The translations under genes and the position numbers were made by a program. 64,000 bases of DNA. It comes from Candidatus Latescibacterota bacterium (GTDB lineage Bacteria; Latescibacterota; UBA2968; GCA-2709665). This document shows positions 60,003 to 64,000 of this stretch, in pieces (positions within the stretch are counted from its first letter, which is position 1; the number at the start of each line of letters is the position of its first letter). The notes below the pieces were generated by a model. That model made no database searches, was not told the origin of the DNA, and saw only the letters and a program-made list of their open reading frames with translations. The stretch spans positions 4,512,001 to 4,576,000 of the forward strand of contig CBDCOX010000002.1 in the NCBI GenBank assembly GCA_965219995.1, given 5' to 3'.

Positions 60003-60136
60003 TTGCATAGCCGGTCAATATTAATTAATATCCACGTTTGAATGATCGGTCACGGGCGATGGTCTGATGGCTACGAGAGAGCGCAACCATTCGTGGTCGC
60101 TCTTGCGACCTTGTCTCTACGGGAGGGAGAATCGTC
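60003..60136 (+). promoter_or_regulatory. Promoter and structured leader of Cache paralog 3
   Basis: TTGCAT-N17-TAATAT then hairpins; homologous to 57957-58090. Confidence 0.55.
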
Positions 60137-61987
60137 ATGAAAATGGTTCGAACACGATTCGCGAAGGCATACGTGTACCCCGTTGTCGGTCTGCTCGCGC
60201 TGGCCGTCGTCGTTTCTGTTTCACATCCCGCACAGGCGGAGTGTCCTCTCCCTGAGGGCGTGACGCATCCCGATAACCCGACTGTGACGGCGCAGCAGGT
60301 GGAAGACGGAAGCGCTACCGTTGAGGAGTTCGCACTGGCCGTGAGAGAGCGGTCCAGAGAATATGCCCGGGGAACGGCGACCGCCGAGCAGGGAGTATAC
60401 ATCGGATGTATCATTCGGGAGGACGACGGGATCTGGCGTTCCGGTTCCACGTACATCGTGAGCCTGACGCTCGACGGCAGAGTGTACATTCACGCGAAGA
60501 ACATGGCATTGTCCGGTAGACTGCTCAATCCGGTGATCTATGGGACTATCCTTTCCTCGCTGGGCGTACCCGTGACCACCCTGACCGACATGGCATCTAC
60601 CGACCCTGCCACCTCCGCCCAGGCTTTCGGCGCCGTAATTGCCACGTTGTCGCAGGAACCGGACGGCGCATTCGACGCGACCACCCCGATCCCGGGTCTG
60701 TCACCGGGTATACCGGGCGCTAAGGGCCACGCCGCCGTCTACGTCTCGACCAATCTGGGGTCTCCGATTGTGCTGCTCATGGGATTCGATCTCGACGAAT
60801 CTCATGTGGTTGAAGAAGAGATCGATCACGGCGACCCTGCCATCACTGCGAAAGACGTGGTGGACCGGGAGAGCTTGAAGGCCTTCGTCACGCAAGCGGG
60901 AAATTTCGTGCTGGAATTCCTGAGTTCCGGCGATGTAGCCGCCAGCTCGAAATTCAGGATCGCCCTGCGGGACCCTGACGGGCCCTGGCGACACGGTTCC
61001 GTGTATATCTACATCCTGGATATCGCCAGCAACGTCATCCTGTTTCACGCGGTGTTTCCTGACAAATACGAGTATCGGCCGTTGATTCCCACCGTCCTCG
61101 ACGCCGTGACCGGAGAGTTCATCCTGCCTCGGGTCATCGATGCGGCGAAAGGCAGCCCCGAAGGCGGCTTTATAGAGTATCACTTCGACGATCCGACGGA
61201 CGACACCGACCGCGCCGATGTCCCCAAGGTGGGCTACGCCCGCGAATTCGCCGCGGAAATCCGGAGGCCGGACGGCAGCACAGTCCCGGCCGACTTCATT
61301 GTGGGTTCGGGATTCTACGGGCGCGCAGCAGACGTCGCGACGGGCCCCAGCACGGTCGTGGAGGCCACGGTGGTGGGCGACGCGGTCGAGGGGTTGGACG
61401 TGGAGTTTGCACGCGCCATCTCCGGCCGTCAGTCGGACTATGCCTGGAGTACCATCACGGATGCTGCCGGCCTGTTCTCCCTCACCATCTCCGGCGAGGA
61501 TGGGGTGAGTGGATATTATCGGGCTCGCGCCACCAATGCCGATGGCGAGGTCGTGGGCCGCTGGAGCAGCATTCCTCTAAACGAAGGCCGCCGCCAGGTT
61601 CTGGAACTGACGCTGGGCGGCGGTGCGAGGGTTGTCCGCGTCGACCCGTTGGCGACAGCCGAGCCGGTGGCCGCCGCCAAGCCGGCTCTCGCAGGCGAGA
61701 CATTGCCGGAAGCCAGCGGTCTGGCGCCCAATTCGCCCAACCCGTTCAACAGCGCCACCCTGATAACCTACCACCTGGCCGGCCCCGGCCCCGTGAAGCT
61801 GGTGATCTACAACGTGCTGGGCCAACCCGTACGGACGCTGGCGGATGAGTCCCGGGCCGCCGGCTCCTACCAGGTGAAGTGGGACGCGCGCGACGACGGT
61901 GGTGTCCTGCTGTCCACAGGGGTCTACATCGCACGCCTGACTTATCCTGGCGGGGTGCAGACGCAACGGCTGCTCTACCTCAAGTAG
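60137..61987 (+). CDS. Secreted tandem Cache-domain protein with T9SS-type sorting domain, paralog 3
   Basis: Same architecture; closest to paralog 1 in coding sequence. Confidence 0.75.
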   Translation: MKMVRTRFAKAYVYPVVGLLALAVVVSVSHPAQAECPLPEGVTHPDNPTVTAQQVEDGSATVEEFALAVRERSREYARGTATAEQGVYIGCIIREDDGIWRSGSTYIVSLTLDGRVYIHAKNMALSGRLLNPVIYGTILSSLGVPVTTLTDMASTDPATSAQAFGAVIATLSQEPDGAFDATTPIPGLSPGIPGAKGHAAVYVSTNLGSPIVLLMGFDLDESHVVEEEIDHGDPAITAKDVVDRESLKAFVTQAGNFVLEFLSSGDVAASSKFRIALRDPDGPWRHGSVYIYILDIASNVILFHAVFPDKYEYRPLIPTVLDAVTGEFILPRVIDAAKGSPEGGFIEYHFDDPTDDTDRADVPKVGYAREFAAEIRRPDGSTVPADFIVGSGFYGRAADVATGPSTVVEATVVGDAVEGLDVEFARAISGRQSDYAWSTITDAAGLFSLTISGEDGVSGYYRARATNADGEVVGRWSSIPLNEGRRQVLELTLGGGARVVRVDPLATAEPVAAAKPALAGETLPEASGLAPNSPNPFNSATLITYHLAGPGPVKLVIYNVLGQPVRTLADESRAAGSYQVKWDARDDGGVLLSTGVYIARLTYPGGVQTQRLLYLK

Positions 61988-62018
61988 CAGGGTCGGTTGG
62001 CGCAGGACGTGTTCGCCT

Positions 62019-62090
62019 GAGAACCCGTCTGGGAATACCCGTTGAGCCTTGACCACAAGGCTTGCGGGGATCTCAGACGGGTTCTTTTTT
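62019..62090 (+). terminator. Long conserved 3' hairpin/terminator, copy 3
   Basis: GAGAACCCGTCTGGGA...TCTCAGACGGGTTCT then T-tract. Confidence 0.7.
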
Positions 62091-62543
62091 CAATTCAGGA
62101 AGTTCGGCAGCTTCTTCTTCCGCTGACTGACAGTTCATGGTACATTGCGAACCCCGGTCGCGTGGGATCGGGATCGACTTTTCGTTCAACGTACACGCGC
62201 CCGGCCGGATCCTGCAGATGCCGGGCGCAAACATCGCGCACTGGATGACGTCACATGCGATCTTTATGACCGCCGCCGACCGGAGAATGCGCGTACACCC
62301 GTTTCCACTCGACAAAGACAGGTACACTGAAGTCGCCTACCGTGGCTGACCGGCGCATCGCTCCCGCCGGTGCCTACCCGCTCCTGGAACCCTGAATCCG
62401 GAGTCCGCCTTCAGGCAGGCGGAAGCGTCGGTCGATTCGGAATCCGTCCGATATCGTCTCAGAATCACCCACGCGGACGGCGTCATCCCCGCGGTGGTGG
62501 AATGGGTGTGACGCGGTTTCGAAGTGAAGGGACTGGATGAGGG

Positions 62544-64000
62544 ATGAACACCGACCCCGGCTTCCGTGCGCCCGATGAGGATGTCAGGGACGGCCTGACA
62601 CCGCGAGCCTTGCTTATCGGGCTTGTCCTGTGCGTGTTTCTGGGGCTGGTGCTGCCCTACAACCGCATGGTAATCCAGGGCCGGTGGTTGAACGCCTACT
62701 TCATAGACCGCGGCGCGCTGGTGCTCCTGTTCTTTCTGGTTCTCTTCGCCAATCCGCTGATCGCAGCGCTGCGGAAACGATACGCCTTTCACCGTGGCGA
62801 ACTGCTGGCCATTTACGCGATGTTTCTGTTTCTGCTGCCCGTCTCGCAGATGGTCAAGCATCTGATCTCGTACGTGACCGGCGTTACCTATTACGCCTCT
62901 CCCGAGCGTCGGGACCTGGAGGCGGTGCTGCCCAATATCGTCTCCTGGACCGCTCCGCGCGACCTTGAGGTCGTCCGGGGTCTCTACGAGGGGCTGCCCG
63001 ACGGGGTCCCGCCGCCCTGGGGGGCATGGCTCGTCCCCCTCCTCAGTTGGGGCGCATTCCTGCTTGTGCTCCTCGGGGTGCTGATCTGCCTGGCGGTTGT
63101 CATCCGGAAACAATGGGAGGACCACGAACGGTTCGCATTTCCCATCATGCAGGTCCCCCTGGAGGCGAGCGAAACCCGAAGCGGCAGGGTGGGACGCCTC
63201 TTCAGGAACCGCTTGATGTGGGCGGGCTTCGCGATTCCGTTCGTGATCGGGTCGATCAACGCCCTGCACCACTACTTCCATACGGTCCCCCGTGTCGGCC
63301 TGGTCCACGACATCTGGATCTTCGACGGTACGACGCCCTTGCGCCTCAGGCTCCACTTCGCTATTCTGGGGTACTCGTACTTCGTGAATACGGACGTGAG
63401 CCTGAGCATCTGGGTGTTCAACGTCCTCTCCAAGATTGTCCGGGGCGTGCTGGCTGTCCTTGGCGCGGAACGCTACAATGTATCGGGGGTGGTTGGCCGG
63501 TTCAGTTCCCAGGGACACGCGTCTCTGGCCCTGATGGGCATGGGATACATGATCGTCCTGGCCGCGTACAGCCTGTGGGTGGGGCGCGAACACCTGCGGC
63601 AGGTTGCGGCGAGAGCGATGGGAAGACCGTCGCAGGCGGACGACTCAGGCGAAGTGATGTCCTACCGGGCGGCGCTGACCGGAATCGGAGGTGGAACGCT
63701 GTACCTGGGAGGCTGGCTGTATCAGGCCGGGATGTCGCCGCCGGTGATTCTGGTGCTGTTCGCCTCATGCTTTGTGGTGTTTCTGGTGATGGCGCGGATT
63801 GTGAGCGAGACAGGATTCGTGACCGCGTACTCGCCCATCAATCCGGCAGAGTTCGCCGTTTGCATGGTCGGATCATCCGCTTTCAGCCCGCCCGGTCTGG
63901 TAACGCTTGGCTTCGGCTACGCATGGACGATGACGCGGACGAGCACGCTGATGCCCCGCGCCGCGGGCGCACTCTGGCTCGCCCGCAGGATACCGCGCGC
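62544..64000 (+). CDS. Polytopic membrane protein, DUF6785-like putative transporter (3' truncated by window)
   Basis: Translated by eye: MNTDPG..GLTPRALLIG..GELLAIYAM..YYASPE..LYEGLP..PPPWGAWLVPL..RKQWEDHERFAFPIMQVP; absent from the ORF track because no stop lies in the window. Confidence 0.75.
   Translation, partial: MNTDPGFRAPDEDVRDGLTPRALLIGLVLCVFLGLVLPYNRMVIQGRWLNAYFIDRGALVLLFFLVLFANPLIAALRKRYAFHRGELLAIYAMFLFLLPVSQMVKHLISYVTGVTYYASPERRDLEAVLPNIVSWTAPRDLEVVRGLYEGLPDGVPPPWGAWLVPLLSWGAFLLVLLGVLICLAVVIRKQWEDHERFAFPIMQVPLEASETRSGRVGRLFRNRLMWAGFAIPFVIGSINALHHYFHTVPRVGLVHDIWIFDGTTPLRLRLHFAILGYSYFVNTDVSLSIWVFNVLSKIVRGVLAVLGAERYNVSGVVGRFSSQGHASLALMGMGYMIVLAAYSLWVGREHLRQVAARAMGRPSQADDSGEVMSYRAALTGIGGGTLYLGGWLYQAGMSPPVILVLFASCFVVFLVMARIVSETGFVTAYSPINPAEFAVCMVGSSAFSPPGLVTLGFGYAWTMTRTSTLMPRAAGALWLARRIPR

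Noticed and set aside
57761-62090. Integron cassette array with the 3' hairpins as attC sites
   Set aside because: AAC/GTT do pair, but flanks do not fit RYYYAAC/GTTRRRY; the genes have their own promoters and T-tract terminators; no integrase is present.
62137-62510. Short ORF(s) between the Cache array and the membrane protein gene
   Set aside because: Possibly a gene remnant, but no recognisable family or RBS support.

Overview
GC-rich bacterial chromosomal window with no rRNA, tRNA or CRISPR recognised. Gene content (T9SS-type C-terminal sorting domains, a PorV paralog, dockerin-like EF-hand modules, a large WD40 protein, a DUF6785-like membrane protein) suggests an FCB-group lineage such as Latescibacterota or Gemmatimonadota, possibly host- or sponge-associated; this is inference. 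Left to right: (1) a phosphate/polyphosphate locus (TonB receptor, dockerin/beta-helix protein, CHAD-ParA-ppk1, converging phoB-serine hydrolase-phoR, which is interrupted by a DUF4258/DUF2283-like TA module flanked by a 43-bp direct repeat); (2) RNase II, RidA, hydrolases, a candidate sRNA and a 1425-aa WD40 protein; (3) a heparinase-like protein, thyA, folA, rimO, rpmB and a FolC/ATP-grasp fusion; (4) a catabolic enzyme cluster followed by a TonB receptor, T9SS-type cargo and PorV triad; (5) three tandem paralogs encoding secreted tandem-Cache proteins with T9SS-type sorting domains and no signalling output, each with a structured leader and a long 3' hairpin. The best novelty candidates are the Cache array, the CHAD-ParA-PPK1 module, the TBDR-cargo-PorV triad and the FolC/ATP-grasp fusion. 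All family calls are by eye from motifs; no searches were run.
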